Shown: in pieces, positions 52,579 to 62,152 of the stretch
Layout: each line of letters begins with the position of its first letter
Position numbering within the stretch: the first letter of the stretch is position 1
Program-made: the position numbers and the translations under genes
Notes under the pieces: model-generated
The model's input: the letters and a program-made list of their open reading frames with translations, nothing else
What the model was told of the DNA's origin: nothing
The model's database searches: none
IMG/VR virus record: IMGVR_UViG_3300035130_000336
Span: 9,075 to 73,074 of that record
Reading direction: 5' to 3' (one strand)
DNA from: a virus
Lineage: Duplodnaviria; Caudoviricetes
Length of the DNA stretch: 64,000 nucleotides

Positions 52579-53079
52579 GCCTTTGCATCACTGAACATTA
52601 CTTTGCATTGCCATGCCTGTGCTTGACTACGCCTTACTTCGCCTGTGCTATACTAAACTTCACATCGCATCGCCTGTGCTACACCAAACAACACTGCGCA
52701 CTGCCTGTGCCTAACTCAACAATGCCAAACCGTGCCTGTGCTTAACAAAACAACACCATGCTAATCCTGTGCTTCACATAACTGAACAGCACTATGCATT
52801 GCCTGTGCCGCGCAATACACCACCTCGCTTTGCCTGTGCTGGGCCAAACATTACCCTGCCTTGCCTGTGCATAACGAAACTCCACCGCGCATTACCTGTG
52901 CATTACCTTACCAAACCTTACATCACCATGCCTGTGCAAAACTTGACATTGCTTCACGATGCCTGTGCTTAACAAAACATGTCATAACAATGCATTGCCT
53001 ATGCTTAACCAAACCGTGCTGTACCTGTGCTTGACAATACATCACCCCACGGTGCCTATGCATTACCTTACCAAACACC
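52579..53079 (-). repeat. Pentamer-grammar array D, 16 punctuation motifs, units of 26/31/36 nt
   Basis: Motif starts at 52579, 52615, 52641, 52672...; fills the space between the SSB-like stop codon and the xis RBS. Confidence 0.95.
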
Positions 53080-53080
53080 G

Positions 53081-53509
53081 TTAAAACGGCAGATCGGAAT
53101 CCGCTGGGGGAGCGTTGTTCTGGTCCGCCAGATGTTTCGCTTCACGGCACACGTAATCATCGATTTTGTTCTTGTCGGGATAGATGCCGTTTTTATCCAC
53201 TTCGATACCGATTTTTGCTTTACCGACACGACCTTCGAAATCGAAGGCTCTGAGGCTTCCCGTTTCGTATTTCGCCAGCAGCCCGAAAGCATCGCATGCA
53301 TGGCGGAGTTTCGCGGGCATCTCATCAAGCAGATAGTCATAGATTCTGTTGACGACGCGATCCCCCAACCAGACGGCAATAGTAAGCCGGATCATCTCCT
53401 TGTCGTTTTTACTTACCTGATCGATCGCTTCGATCACTTCGACGTCGTAAACGCCTTTATCGATGATTTTTCTCGGTAGATCTTTTTCCGAATAGGTTTT
53501 GAACCTCAT
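53081..53509 (-). CDS. SSB-like protein (DUF669-like)
   Basis: 'KGVYDVEVIEA...SKNDKEMIRL'; acidic C-terminal 'DSDLPF'. Confidence 0.7.
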   Translation of the reverse strand: MRFKTYSEKDLPRKIIDKGVYDVEVIEAIDQVSKNDKEMIRLTIAVWLGDRVVNRIYDYLLDEMPAKLRHACDAFGLLAKYETGSLRAFDFEGRVGKAKIGIEVDKNGIYPDKNKIDDYVCREAKHLADQNNAPPADSDLPF

Positions 53510-54405
53510 TTCTTTTTTCCGCCTTTCAATTTGCCGTTTAACCATTCTATTGTTTTCGCCGCCTGATCGGCGGTAAGTTCGTTCCAGTTGTCCGCTCCCG
53601 CCTTGGTCAATACTTTCGTCGTTTCCTCAGGGGTGATTTTAAGGAGCGCCACCATCCGTTCGATTTCCTCGACATCTTCATCCGACGCGATCGTGATAGG
53701 GTTTACATTCGATTCAATATTCTCCCTGCCGTACCGTTTCGAAAACTCCTCGTAATCGAGGGAAAAGGTTTCCTGATCGGGAAAACCCGCGAGGCGCGTT
53801 TTATAAACGATCGCCGTCGGCGGATAGACGGTGCCGCGTTTGATCACCCGCAATCCCAGATCAAGCTCGTAAACGAGTTTGTCCCATACGTCGGGACACT
53901 TTCCTGTCTCTTCCCGCTGCCCGGTTCGGGGATTGGTACCCCATTCCGACGTCTCATGCGCGATGAACCAGATGTTCATATCAAGTTTCATACACCAATT
54001 GACAAGTCGGCGCATTTGCGCGATCGCCGGTTTTTTCGACGCGCCAAAGACATCACGTTCGGCGAGACGCTCCGCCTCGTTGGCGATGCATGTCTGGTAG
54101 ACTTTCGTGATTGAATCGATCACCAGCGTACCGTAATTATGTTTTTCGGTGGCAAGCGACTGCATCTCGGTAACGATCGCCGAAAGGTCAAGCGCCCCTT
54201 CTTCCGGTCCCATGTACGCGCCTCCCGCCGCTTTGAGGCGTTTCTGGTATTCCACTCCATCCGCTCCCCCTTCGGTATCGATATAATACGGCCTTGGGAA
54301 CGTGAGAGAAAACCATGTTTTTCCCACTCCACTCGCTCCGAAAAGAAGCCCTTTCGCCTTACCCTGTTTTACTTCTTCAGGATCTTTCGCTTTCAATTTG
54401 CTCAT
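53506..54405 (-). CDS. Sak4-like AAA ATPase (single-strand annealing)
   Basis: GGAGG RBS; Walker A 'GASGVGKT', 'IDTEGG', 'TLVIDSIT', 'FIAHE'; adjacent to SSB-like gene. Confidence 0.8.
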   Translation of the reverse strand: MSKLKAKDPEEVKQGKAKGLLFGASGVGKTWFSLTFPRPYYIDTEGGADGVEYQKRLKAAGGAYMGPEEGALDLSAIVTEMQSLATEKHNYGTLVIDSITKVYQTCIANEAERLAERDVFGASKKPAIAQMRRLVNWCMKLDMNIWFIAHETSEWGTNPRTGQREETGKCPDVWDKLVYELDLGLRVIKRGTVYPPTAIVYKTRLAGFPDQETFSLDYEEFSKRYGRENIESNVNPITIASDEDVEEIERMVALLKITPEETTKVLTKAGADNWNELTADQAAKTIEWLNGKLKGGKKK

Positions 54406-54628
54406 CAAAAACCTCCATTGATTGACAATTAGCGGTGCAGCGGTTATGTTCCCGGTCCCACGGCGCACCGCATTCGGGACATGTTTCTTTCACGATGTCA
54501 TTGCCGTTGCGTCGACGGCGGTCGCGCGACGGAACGGGCGTCATATCCTGCTGGCCCAATGCTCTTCCACCGGTTTTCTGCGGTGTTCGCCCCATTGCTC
54601 CATTATCCGTGCGATCGCCGCGTCATAA

Positions 54629-55393
54629 TCAAACGGTTCTTCCGATTTTTCTGAGGACTCCGGCAACGACGTCTTCCGTTGCGGCAATTTGTTCTCGTTT
54701 CTCATCATCGGTCATGCTCACTTGTTTCACCGGTTCCTTTTCCGGTGCCGGTTGCATCCTTCCCCGTATTTTGTCGATCACCCAATTGCGGATAACCTTG
54801 TTGTGATCCTGATACTGTTTGCGTTTCTTCGGGTTATTGGTCAGATATTCATCGAGATATTTTATACATGCTTTAACAAACCGTTCGCCAAGTTCTTTCT
54901 TCAACCGCTCATACTCTTCATCGGTCAGATAGACGGTATCGAGATATTGAACGGTAATCCGGGCTTTCCTTTTTTTTCGCGGTACGGGTTTCTGTTTCTC
55001 TTCCTCTTTTTCCTTTATAGGGACCGGCGGTTTCGCCGTTTTTTTCAATCGTTTGGTCGCGGCGGCGCGTCTTTTCGCTTTGTCGGCAAGCGTTGCCTGT
55101 GCCTTCGGGGAGACATATACCCCTTTTTCCGTTTCACGACAGATTCCGTTTTTTATCGCATCCTTGAGAATCGCCTCGTGTTCCTCAGGTGTTACGCCGC
55201 ATTTTTTCCGGAACAGTTCGGCAAATGGTCCCCGCAGATCAACCGTTCCCGTCATTGTTTTATACGCGCTTTGCCAGAATCGTATTAACCATGTCAATCC
55301 ATGTTCATGCATTGCAATCATTGATTCAACCGTATCATTGAATGTCACTTCAAGCGGAAAAACGTCAAGTCCTTCCTTTTTCGGACGCGCCAT
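54629..55393 (-). CDS. Phage replication initiator (DUF4373-like N-terminus)
   Basis: 'MARPKKEGLDVFPLEV'; C-terminal 'YQDHNKVIRNW'. Confidence 0.7.
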   Translation of the reverse strand: MARPKKEGLDVFPLEVTFNDTVESMIAMHEHGLTWLIRFWQSAYKTMTGTVDLRGPFAELFRKKCGVTPEEHEAILKDAIKNGICRETEKGVYVSPKAQATLADKAKRRAAATKRLKKTAKPPVPIKEKEEEKQKPVPRKKRKARITVQYLDTVYLTDEEYERLKKELGERFVKACIKYLDEYLTNNPKKRKQYQDHNKVIRNWVIDKIRGRMQPAPEKEPVKQVSMTDDEKREQIAATEDVVAGVLRKIGRTV

Positions 55394-56175
55394 ACACTAT
55401 GCAGTTTATCCAATCAGACTTTCCATGTATCTTTTTCCGTTATGTCTCAATAACAGCTGACTTTCTTTATAATGAATGCATCTGCCTTTACCGCATTCAT
55501 GCGCTTCCGGGAAGAGACTTTGGCCTGAGGCATGATAGTAACTTCTCTCAAGAGACAAACAAAGTGGTAATGGACCTTCATTGTGCAGATAAGCACACGG
55601 TTTGCAAGTCTGATTAAGAATGTCTTTCTCTTCCACGCGATGCCGCCTTTCTTGGTTCACATTTTTATTGATTTTTAAATTGAATGAAAGTAGAATTAAA
55701 AAAAGGATTATTATATAAACAATTAAACAAAGAACAATCATCAGAAAGAGTTTCATGAGAGTAAGTTTTCCTGAACAGTTAAGCGCATCAGCACGAAGAC
55801 GGAAAGCACTTGTCTTCTCACTGAGAGGCGGTTGATTATATGCGCGAACCAGTTTATTCCGATTTGCTTTCATCACTTGCCTTCTCTTGTCCTTGCGAAA
55901 TTCTGATATTCCATCCGCCCTCAGGCGCGGCGAATGTTTGCACGGAAAAGCCAAGCATGATTGCACGATGTCTGATGGCTTCCGTAGTATTTTTTTTGAA
56001 TTCGTGGAGATATTTGTCCGATTTGCCCGCGACATGGTTGATTTTATCGTCAAAGAGAGGCTTGCGCCCCTTTCGCTTCATTTTTACCGGGACGCCGGTT
56101 CTTATCTCCGCCATTCGAAAATCCGACTTTCCATTTTTATTGAAAAAAAAGTTGAAAAAAAAATTGAAAATAAAG

Positions 56176-56205
56176 TTGACTGACCTATCAATTAAAGAAT
56201 ATATT
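56176..56205 (+). promoter_or_regulatory. Putative rightward sigma70-type promoter
   Basis: TTGACT-N18-TATATT with upstream A-tracts. Confidence 0.5.
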
Positions 56206-56309
56206 AGGATACAAAAAGGGTATAAAAGCCTCACGGCTTAGGAATTTCGCGGTTCCGCCCTTTTTCTCCAAGGGTGACGGTCCTGCCAGACCGTCACTCA
56301 AATAATTAG

Positions 56310-56339
56310 ATTATATTATTTTAACAATAAATAAGTCAA
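56310..56339 (-). promoter_or_regulatory. Putative leftward sigma70-type promoter for the early operon
   Basis: Minus strand TTGACT-N18-TATAAT. Confidence 0.6.
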
Positions 56340-56399
56340 CAAAAAAAGTAAAAAATTATCCATTTTTAATTTTTTGTTTTATTCCCTAAAGGAGGAATC

Positions 56400-57134
56400 A
56401 TGGCGGAATTAGTCAGCAGTACCGATAGACTGTTTGAATTGTTAAAAGAAAATCCGGAAGGACTTACTCTTGAAGAATTAAAGGCGCGTTTTGGCCATAG
56501 TAGTACATCCAGTACCTACTCGACGATCAAACGCGCACGGGTAAAATTTCCACAATTTGATTTCATTGCCGATAAAAATGGAAGATATATAATGCAGCGA
56601 AACGATGCCGATTCCTCTCCGGAACCGGAGTTATCCGCAAGCAATAAGGAAAATAATGGTGACTTAACAAAAAGAATCGCCCGCTCACTGAAAGACGGAA
56701 TAAGTAAATCAAACATACTAAAAGATCTTTTATTGGAGTCGAATGAAGGAATAAATAAAAATATTCTTGTGTCGGCTTTAAAATTAAAAAGCAATGCTCA
56801 GCTTTATACTTTAATACATACGATTCGACAGAAATTGGAAGGTCAGCATGAAATTGTTTTATTCGATGATATATATAAATGTGTTTCTAAAAAAAGAAGA
56901 TCAGCCGGAACTTTTCAATCGCCTAAAATAACTGATATCCCTTCCGATCCTGCTACTGATAGTGACATCATATTACCACAAAAGTTAGTTGAACAACTGA
57001 AATCTCTTTCGCCTCAGGATGCCAAAGAGGTGATTGATTTATTAAAGAAAGCGAAATTCTACAAAGAGTGCGCCGCCGCGCTCATTATCGCTTCCAAAGA
57101 AGCAAGCGCTTTGAATTCAACCCTGTTTTTATAA
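56400..57134 (+). CDS. Putative regulator with two winged-HTH-like repeats
   Basis: AAGGAGG RBS; 'LLKENPEGLTLEEL' and 'LLLESNEGINKNIL' repeats. Confidence 0.6.
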   Translation: MAELVSSTDRLFELLKENPEGLTLEELKARFGHSSTSSTYSTIKRARVKFPQFDFIADKNGRYIMQRNDADSSPEPELSASNKENNGDLTKRIARSLKDGISKSNILKDLLLESNEGINKNILVSALKLKSNAQLYTLIHTIRQKLEGQHEIVLFDDIYKCVSKKRRSAGTFQSPKITDIPSDPATDSDIILPQKLVEQLKSLSPQDAKEVIDLLKKAKFYKECAAALIIASKEASALNSTLFL

Positions 57135-57165
57135 TATTCAATTCACTTCTTATTAAGGAGCATCA

Positions 57166-57606
57166 ATGAATCAAGTTCGAATGGCAGTTCGAAAGGCAAC
57201 GGAAGAAGGCATGGAAAGATTACTTAAGATTTTGAAAGCCGATCCGACCATTTATCGATCGGCGATCGTGCTGGCGAACAAAATGCATTGTAAACCTTCC
57301 CGTATCAGACGCCTTATCAAATTAATGCGGTATAACGGCATTGGTATCATGTCGGTATACGGAGGATATATTCTGTCCTCTCATGCGAAACAAAAAGACG
57401 ATGTACATTTTCTCCGAATGTGTTACGGACACTATGTTTCCGATTACATGGCTTATAAAGCGGCGGAAAAAGATATTTTCAAAAGATGGAAAACGGTGGA
57501 AGATCAGCGGAATTTGAAATTGTTGGTCTCGCCAATATCGGTTAATTTATATGGATCGAGACAATACCAATTGCTATCGGATATTTCACAAAAGTTATTG
57601 GCATGA
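57166..57606 (+). CDS. Putative HTH DNA-binding protein
   Basis: AAGGAG RBS; 'LANKMHCKPSRIRRLIKLMR..G..I....GGY'. Confidence 0.6.
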   Translation: MNQVRMAVRKATEEGMERLLKILKADPTIYRSAIVLANKMHCKPSRIRRLIKLMRYNGIGIMSVYGGYILSSHAKQKDDVHFLRMCYGHYVSDYMAYKAAEKDIFKRWKTVEDQRNLKLLVSPISVNLYGSRQYQLLSDISQKLLA

Positions 57607-57722
57607 TGAAAAAAATAGGCGCACTGAGTACCACCGTGTAAGGTGTTGATCCAAATGGGGAGAGTGGCTTTTGCATACGTCCAAATGGTTAGCCGACAAG
57701 CGGGTGAAAGGTGCGCCGAATA

Positions 57723-57968
57723 ATGAATTTATGTAACAAAGATTGTGGTAATTGTCCGATAATTAATCACGAAAACAATAGAATGATCACGTTTATACTT
57801 AATAGTCTTATAGAAACCCTTGGAGAAGATAAAGTGTATCCTATTGTTGAAGCGGCTTGTCCTAATTTAACATGCTGTTTCGATTGTAAAATCGATGATT
57901 TTTGTCATGTAAAAGGATGTGAAATAGTAACGGCGGTTAAAAATAAATATGGAAAAGCAACGCCATAA
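57723..57968 (+). CDS. Cys-rich hypothetical protein
   Basis: CxxxCxxC and CCxxC clusters. Confidence 0.55.
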   Translation: MNLCNKDCGNCPIINHENNRMITFILNSLIETLGEDKVYPIVEAACPNLTCCFDCKIDDFCHVKGCEIVTAVKNKYGKATP

Positions 57969-58387
57969 TGCTTTTCCAAATCAAAGCTTCTTATTTCTGT
58001 GCTGGCGGTGAAATAATAGATGATTGTGTTATTGATAACGCACCGATTATTCAGTATATGAAAGGATGGTCTTATAAACAAGTATATGAATATTGTCAAC
58101 GTAAAAAATGGGAATTTAAAATGACACCAGATATTAAAAAAGCCGAATATATTGAGGATTATAAAATTCGATTTTTATTTGATAATGGTAAATCAGGAAT
58201 TGTCGATTTTACAAAATATATTAAACGTGGCGGAATCTTTAAAGAGTTGGAGAATATCGAATTTTTTAAAAACTTTTCGATTGATTCTGAGGTATTCGTA
58301 ATAAAATGGTGGGATAAAATTGATATCGCACCGGAAGAAATATATTCCGAAGCAACAGGTGAACTTTTACCTTCATGGATGGAATAA
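57968..58387 (+). CDS. DUF2442-like protein with an N-terminal extra domain
   Basis: 'YKIRFLFDNGKSGIVDF...GGIFKEL...F...IKW...DIAPEEIY'. Confidence 0.65.
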   Translation: MLFQIKASYFCAGGEIIDDCVIDNAPIIQYMKGWSYKQVYEYCQRKKWEFKMTPDIKKAEYIEDYKIRFLFDNGKSGIVDFTKYIKRGGIFKELENIEFFKNFSIDSEVFVIKWWDKIDIAPEEIYSEATGELLPSWME

Positions 58388-58418
58388 AAATATAATAAAG
58401 TCGATATATATCCGGAAT

Positions 58419-59063
58419 CTACAAATTCCAGACATAAATGATATTTTTCCGGGGATTCGTCGCACGACTGTATAACCAAGAAAATTGATACTCTTTATGT
58501 TTGACTTTCAGGATTTTCTTATTTCCATGAACGTTTTCATTCCCGACGACTATATATTGTTTGACATTTTTTAATATAAATTCTTCATCGATACCGTATA
58601 TATTGCCGCCGCGATCAGGTTCCGTTTCTTTATACTTATGGGTGACCCAGCAACCAATTACCGTTTCGGGCTTGTATTTTTTTATCGCATTAACCGCATC
58701 AAGGGCGATAATGTCCTCAGGATATTTAGTTAGGGGTTGACCGGTACTAATATAATATGCCTTGACATCGGAACGTTCCTGACATTTTGAATCCGTCGCG
58801 GGAATTTTCAGATAACGTGCCAATGCTCCATGTCCCGCCCCGATTTCAATAGTGGAAGCGATATTTATTCTCTCTAATAACCATTCCGCCAGTTCAATGG
58901 TCGGAAAACAGTAAATGCCGTTAAAATGTCCATACAGCATTAAATCTTCCGGCGGCAATGCCGCGTAAATATACGCCGGAAGAACCTTTAATAAATTGTT
59001 CTCCAATAAAATATCATCTAGGTATGAAATGTCTTTAGGAGGGAGAATTATCATAGTGTTCAT
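58419..59063 (-). CDS. Putative SAM-dependent methyltransferase-like protein
   Basis: 'TIEIGAGHGAL'. Confidence 0.6.
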   Translation of the reverse strand: MNTMIILPPKDISYLDDILLENNLLKVLPAYIYAALPPEDLMLYGHFNGIYCFPTIELAEWLLERINIASTIEIGAGHGALARYLKIPATDSKCQERSDVKAYYISTGQPLTKYPEDIIALDAVNAIKKYKPETVIGCWVTHKYKETEPDRGGNIYGIDEEFILKNVKQYIVVGNENVHGNKKILKVKHKEYQFSWLYSRATNPRKNIIYVWNL

Positions 59064-59194
59064 TTCTGCAAAAAAGGGGGCGAAGCAGCAAGCGGAAAGG
59101 AACTGCTGTTTGTCAATATTTCACCGTCGTGAAAAATCTATCGCCCTTAATAAAATTCCTTTGTTGTATTATCAATTAAATTGCTATTAACTAT

Positions 59195-59563
59195 TCACAA
59201 CATACCCTCATGAGTAAAATCGGGCAGTCCATCATCGGGACAATGAAATAAATGCAAACATTGAGGATGAATATTTACATAATTTTTTTCATTGGGTAAG
59301 ATCTGTATTGCCTTTTTGAATCTACCGATGAAAATATTTTTTACCTCTTTTAGATCATTCCATGAAGGAAGTTTACCTTTTTTATTAAATGCACACGATA
59401 CATGCTGCCACCATTTTCCATCATGGTTTTCTTCCGTAACGATAACCGACATACCATCACGACGGCGGCGATAAACTCTTTGCATTAAATTCTGTATTCC
59501 CCAATCTTCATAAGTGGAAGGAAGAATGGAGATTTTATCCGACAATCTCCAATCGGAAATCAT
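59195..59563 (-). CDS. Conserved phage hypothetical protein
   Basis: 'WQHVS...LPSW.DL..VK..FIG....AIQILP....YVNIHP.CLHL' motif typical of a widespread phage family. Confidence 0.7.
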   Translation of the reverse strand: MISDWRLSDKISILPSTYEDWGIQNLMQRVYRRRRDGMSVIVTEENHDGKWWQHVSCAFNKKGKLPSWNDLKEVKNIFIGRFKKAIQILPNEKNYVNIHPQCLHLFHCPDDGLPDFTHEGML

Positions 59564-59793
59564 GTATTATCCGTCATTACAGTATTGGAGAGAATTACAA
59601 TCGGGGTGAGTTTTTTGGCACGTTCTGTTTTTGTTTGAACGTAATAAATTTTCAGATCGCGATTCAATTTCAATTCATCGCCGAAAATAAGAATCTTTTC
59701 GCCATTTCTTAATTGATTTAAATTTTCTTCACTTAATCCGATATATAAAGTTGGATGATAACCTGATGAAAGTGAATGTTTTTTTTCAGGCAT
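59560..59793 (-). CDS. Hypothetical protein, paralog of 59802-60026
   Basis: 'IGLSEENLNQLRNGEKILI'. Confidence 0.6.
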   Translation of the reverse strand: MPEKKHSLSSGYHPTLYIGLSEENLNQLRNGEKILIFGDELKLNRDLKIYYVQTKTERAKKLTPIVILSNTVMTDNT

Positions 59794-59801
59794 AAAACGG
59801 T

Positions 59802-60026
59802 TTACAATTCTTTGTGAATTACGGTATCGGGATCGATATAAGGTGAAAGAATCATGGCAATTGATTGTTCCGTTTTGCCGTACATGATGAAAATATCATG
59901 ATTTAGTTTTACCGGCGCACCTTCGATAAGGATCGGTTGACCGTCCTTTAATCGACGAATATTTTCTTCACTTAATCCTAATCCCAAAACAGGACCATTT
60001 TTTCCTTGAAAGGTGAATTTAACCAT
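59802..60026 (-). CDS. Hypothetical protein, paralog of 59560-59793
   Basis: 'LGLSEENIRRLKDGQPILI'. Confidence 0.65.
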   Translation of the reverse strand: MVKFTFQGKNGPVLGLGLSEENIRRLKDGQPILIEGAPVKLNHDIFIMYGKTEQSIAMILSPYIDPDTVIHKEL

Positions 60027-60219
60027 ATCGGAGTTTTTCCCGTTTCAACATCTTTCTTAAGTTTTCCGGCCCGATCTTTAACAAGAAGTTTTTAAGGGAT
60101 AATGGAATTCTTATCGTATAGCTGACAGTGGGATCATTCGGATCACCACTCACGGTCGGTTTACATCCTCTTTGTTCAGGGGGAATGATACGTCCACGTC
60201 CGGGACGGTTTTTATTCAT
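60019..60219 (-). CDS. Small ribbon-helix-helix-like protein
   Basis: GAGG RBS; 'YTIRIPLSLKNFL'. Confidence 0.5.
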   Translation of the reverse strand: MNKNRPGRGRIIPPEQRGCKPTVSGDPNDPTVSYTIRIPLSLKNFLLKIGPENLRKMLKREKLRYG

Positions 60220-60281
60220 AATAAACCTCGTTTAATCATTGCTTTTTAAAAATATATAATTATTATTGAATATTTTCAAGA

Positions 60282-61187
60282 TTAATTGTTCAATAATTTT
60301 ATTAATTTAAAAAACGCTTTTTCCTTTTTTACCGCACCATCATAAAAGATGGAGGATTGGATTTGTATTTGGTGATCGTTTAAATTGGCCATCCGTTTTG
60401 TTTTTCGGGTGGTCCGATACTGATCTATCCAAATGAGATAGGTCACCAACAAGGTATAAGCATTTTTCTCACTGCTTTCATCGAACCATTTTTTTATTAG
60501 TTCGATCTGATTTTTCTTTTTGGAAGAATCATAACAGTTTTTTCCAAAAATTTTTTTCATTACGATATCAAACATTTCATCATCGATGCTTTTTTGAAAT
60601 AGAGCATTGAGTTTGCGGTGTATCGATTCTATCTGTTTAATAATCGATATACCAGTACCGTTAATGGAAATGGTAAGCGGCAATATAGCACCTGAGAGAG
60701 ATACCAGCATCAGTTTCGCATTGTTTTTCAGATGCCGCATATGTCTCATTGAACCGTCATGCGTCGTTTGAAACAGGAGATAACAATGTAACAGTTCATG
60801 GGGAGGGGGAGCCAGTTTAATGGTGTAGGGAAGGCGAATAATAACGAAAATACATTTACCTTCGAACAATGATCCGGCGGTATCATATTCGGCACCGGGG
60901 ATCTTTTTTAAAAACTCATCAACGAAATTGAATGCCGATGAATTTTGCAATACGTCGGTTTTCTCTTCTACCGTTTCAAGAAAATCATCCGTATCATCCC
61001 GGAAGACTCCCCAAGCCGTAGTAGGAACTTTTTTATTGTTTTGAAACGAGCAAAGCTGACGCTTGGATACGCTCCACATCAAATTTGTTTTTTTTACCGC
61101 AGCCGACCACGACGAGACACCTTTTATTGAGATGCCGATTTTGTTCCAAGGCGTAACCATTGTTTTTTTCATACTATCTCCGATCAA
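60282..61187 (-). CDS. DUF932/DUF945-like phage protein
   Basis: 'PW..IG', 'L.WSV.KR.L', 'VLQN..AF.F', 'YDTAGSL..G', 'LL...THDGS'. Confidence 0.7.
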   Translation of the reverse strand: MIGDSMKKTMVTPWNKIGISIKGVSSWSAAVKKTNLMWSVSKRQLCSFQNNKKVPTTAWGVFRDDTDDFLETVEEKTDVLQNSSAFNFVDEFLKKIPGAEYDTAGSLFEGKCIFVIIRLPYTIKLAPPPHELLHCYLLFQTTHDGSMRHMRHLKNNAKLMLVSLSGAILPLTISINGTGISIIKQIESIHRKLNALFQKSIDDEMFDIVMKKIFGKNCYDSSKKKNQIELIKKWFDESSEKNAYTLLVTYLIWIDQYRTTRKTKRMANLNDHQIQIQSSIFYDGAVKKEKAFFKLIKLLNN

Positions 61188-61271
61188 TTAATTGTTTCCA
61201 TAAATATACCTAATAAACCATACGATTGCAATATATTTATTATGTATAACAATCGTCTTATTATAAAACCA

Positions 61272-61298
61272 ATAAAAAAGCCCGTATAAACGGGCTTT
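61272..61298 (-). terminator. Rho-independent terminator
   Basis: Minus strand AAAGCCCGT-TTAT-ACGGGCTTTTTTAT after the lipoprotein gene. Confidence 0.75.
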
Positions 61299-61317
61299 AA
61301 TGGAAGATTAAATGGAA

Positions 61318-61710
61318 TTAATCGGGAACAATGGCGGTAATTATGTACTCATCACCGGGATCGCATTCCGCATCATCAAAGATCCGGATATACCAGTTAC
61401 CATAATACCATAACGGGGAATGCCACATATAACCGCTTCCTTTGCGGACATAGCAGTTAATAAGTATGGTATCAGGTAACATAACAAAAAAATCTTCATG
61501 CCCGAGTAATATGATTTCCCAATAATCCTTTCCCTCGACTTTATCGGAGGAGTAAAGAATACCGCTCTTTACAATCGGACGTATCTCTCCCGGTTCTCCT
61601 TGTTCTCCTTGCAATCCTTGTGGTCCTTGCGGACCTGCCGGACCCGTTGGCCCTCGAAGGCTGTTGCAGGAGAATAGACATAATAAAATTAAGATAACTG
61701 AAATTTTCAT
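61318..61710 (-). CDS. Lipoprotein with short collagen-like (GXY) repeat
   Basis: Signal peptide and lipobox 'LFSC'; 'GPTGPAGPQGPQGLQGEQGEPG'. Confidence 0.75.
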   Translation of the reverse strand: MKISVILILLCLFSCNSLRGPTGPAGPQGPQGLQGEQGEPGEIRPIVKSGILYSSDKVEGKDYWEIILLGHEDFFVMLPDTILINCYVRKGSGYMWHSPLWYYGNWYIRIFDDAECDPGDEYIITAIVPD

Positions 61711-62120
61711 GTCTTTACTCCTTCCTTTTCGACTTCACAATGAGTAATAATGAACCTTCGATCTGAAAGGATTCGAAAACGCATGCATATAAAGCATTCC
61801 CGACAAGGTGCGCCGTTGTTCTTTTCACAGAAGCATCTCTTCCATTCATATGCGTCTTCATTACCAAAACGTGCCGTTCGAATATAATCAGCGACGACAT
61901 GATTAACCACATAGAAGTCGGGCTTTGTATATTCATCCTCTTCGGCAATATAAGGGCTGATATCCAATTCATTTTTTATCTGAAGAGCTTTAGATACATC
62001 CTCAAACAACAAAGCGTGAGGAACGGCGAGTTCTTTCATCGATCGGTAAAACTGCGGCATTTCCAGACATTTGATGTCCGGTTGTTTCGCATGTCGTAGA
62101 ACGGCGATTGCGTATCTCAT
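61707..62120 (-). CDS. Hypothetical protein with C-terminal Cys cluster
   Basis: AAGGAG RBS before MRYAIAV; the upstream extension in the ORF track runs into array E. Confidence 0.55.
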   Translation of the reverse strand: MRYAIAVLRHAKQPDIKCLEMPQFYRSMKELAVPHALLFEDVSKALQIKNELDISPYIAEEDEYTKPDFYVVNHVVADYIRTARFGNEDAYEWKRCFCEKNNGAPCRECFICMRFRILSDRRFIITHCEVEKEGVKT

Positions 62121-62152
62121 GATGGGACTCCTTTTGTTAAAGTTAAAATAGT

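Noticed and set aside
47203-53079. Classical CRISPR array
   Set aside because: The constant part is only ~8 nt, the intervening sequence is itself periodic rather than a free spacer, and no cas1/cas2 or other cas genes are present.
55092-55103. Isolated TTGCCTGTGC motif inside the replication initiator gene
   Set aside because: Single copy without sustained pentamer register; likely chance.
55406-56053. 215-aa minus-strand ORF as a single gene
   Set aside because: Looks like a read-through of several small ORFs and AT-rich spacer; true gene boundaries could not be supported.
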